Shown here: positions 63,701-64,000 of the stretch, piece after piece
Layout of the letters: each line of letters opens with the position of its first letter
How positions within the stretch are numbered: position 1 is the stretch's first letter
Source: Octopus sinensis
Lineage: Eukaryota
Reading direction: 5' to 3'
DNA: 64,000 nt
NCBI RefSeq assembly: GCF_006345805.1
Contig: NC_043004.1
Location: 73,842,001-73,906,000, forward strand
Translations under genes and position numbers: made by a program
Notes under the pieces: generated by a model
Told to the model about the DNA's origin: nothing
Seen by the model: the letters and a program-made list of their open reading frames with translations, nothing else
Database searches by the model: none

Positions 63701-64000
63701 GTGGTGAGAGCGGGATTACGATTTTAAAAAAAAGCGAATGAGGGTAGATGTTGATGTGAGTTATGGAGGTGAAAAAAATTAAGAATTAGTGAAGAGCATT
63801 CACCATTAACAACTTAAGTGTGTGCGTGTGTGTGTGAATGTGTGTGTGTGTATGCACACATGTGTGCGTCTTTATGTTGCTTAGTCCCCGTTCAACCGTG
63901 ATCAAGGAACAGACATATCATCCAAGGCATTCTAACCGTGGCCATCTTACTTTAATGTTCAATTTCGCGGACAAAATAATTCAAATGAAGTCCTTTAATG

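Overview
AT-rich animal genomic DNA that is almost entirely repeats, most likely an octopod cephalopod (Octopus-like), judged from the tRNA-derived SINE families and extreme microsatellite load; this is recognition from memory, not a database result. No host protein-coding gene, true tRNA/rRNA gene or CRISPR array is supported. Most ORFs in the supplied track are translations of microsatellites. Contents: three tRNA-headed SINE families (labelled A, B, C here); an unclassified non-coding retroposon (D); many 5'-truncated RLE-type (R4/Dong-like) LINE ends in (ATT)n tracts, one with an intact 371-aa ORF; Tx1-, CR1-, RTE- and Penelope-like fragments; a full-length dead mariner plus its MITE; hAT, Helitron and HINE-like non-autonomous elements; and a near-identical 987-bp tandem duplication. 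Most interesting: (1) a 1.13-kb, TSD-flanked, RT-less element with a residual ORF inserted in a SINE tRNA head; (2) SINE subfamily B1, whose 3' tail matches a Tx1-like LINE end in the same window and which repeatedly sits just before GGTATT inside other retroposons; (3) a polarity-ordered pile-up of retroposons in (ATT)n microsatellites. Coordinates of degenerate repeats are approximate.
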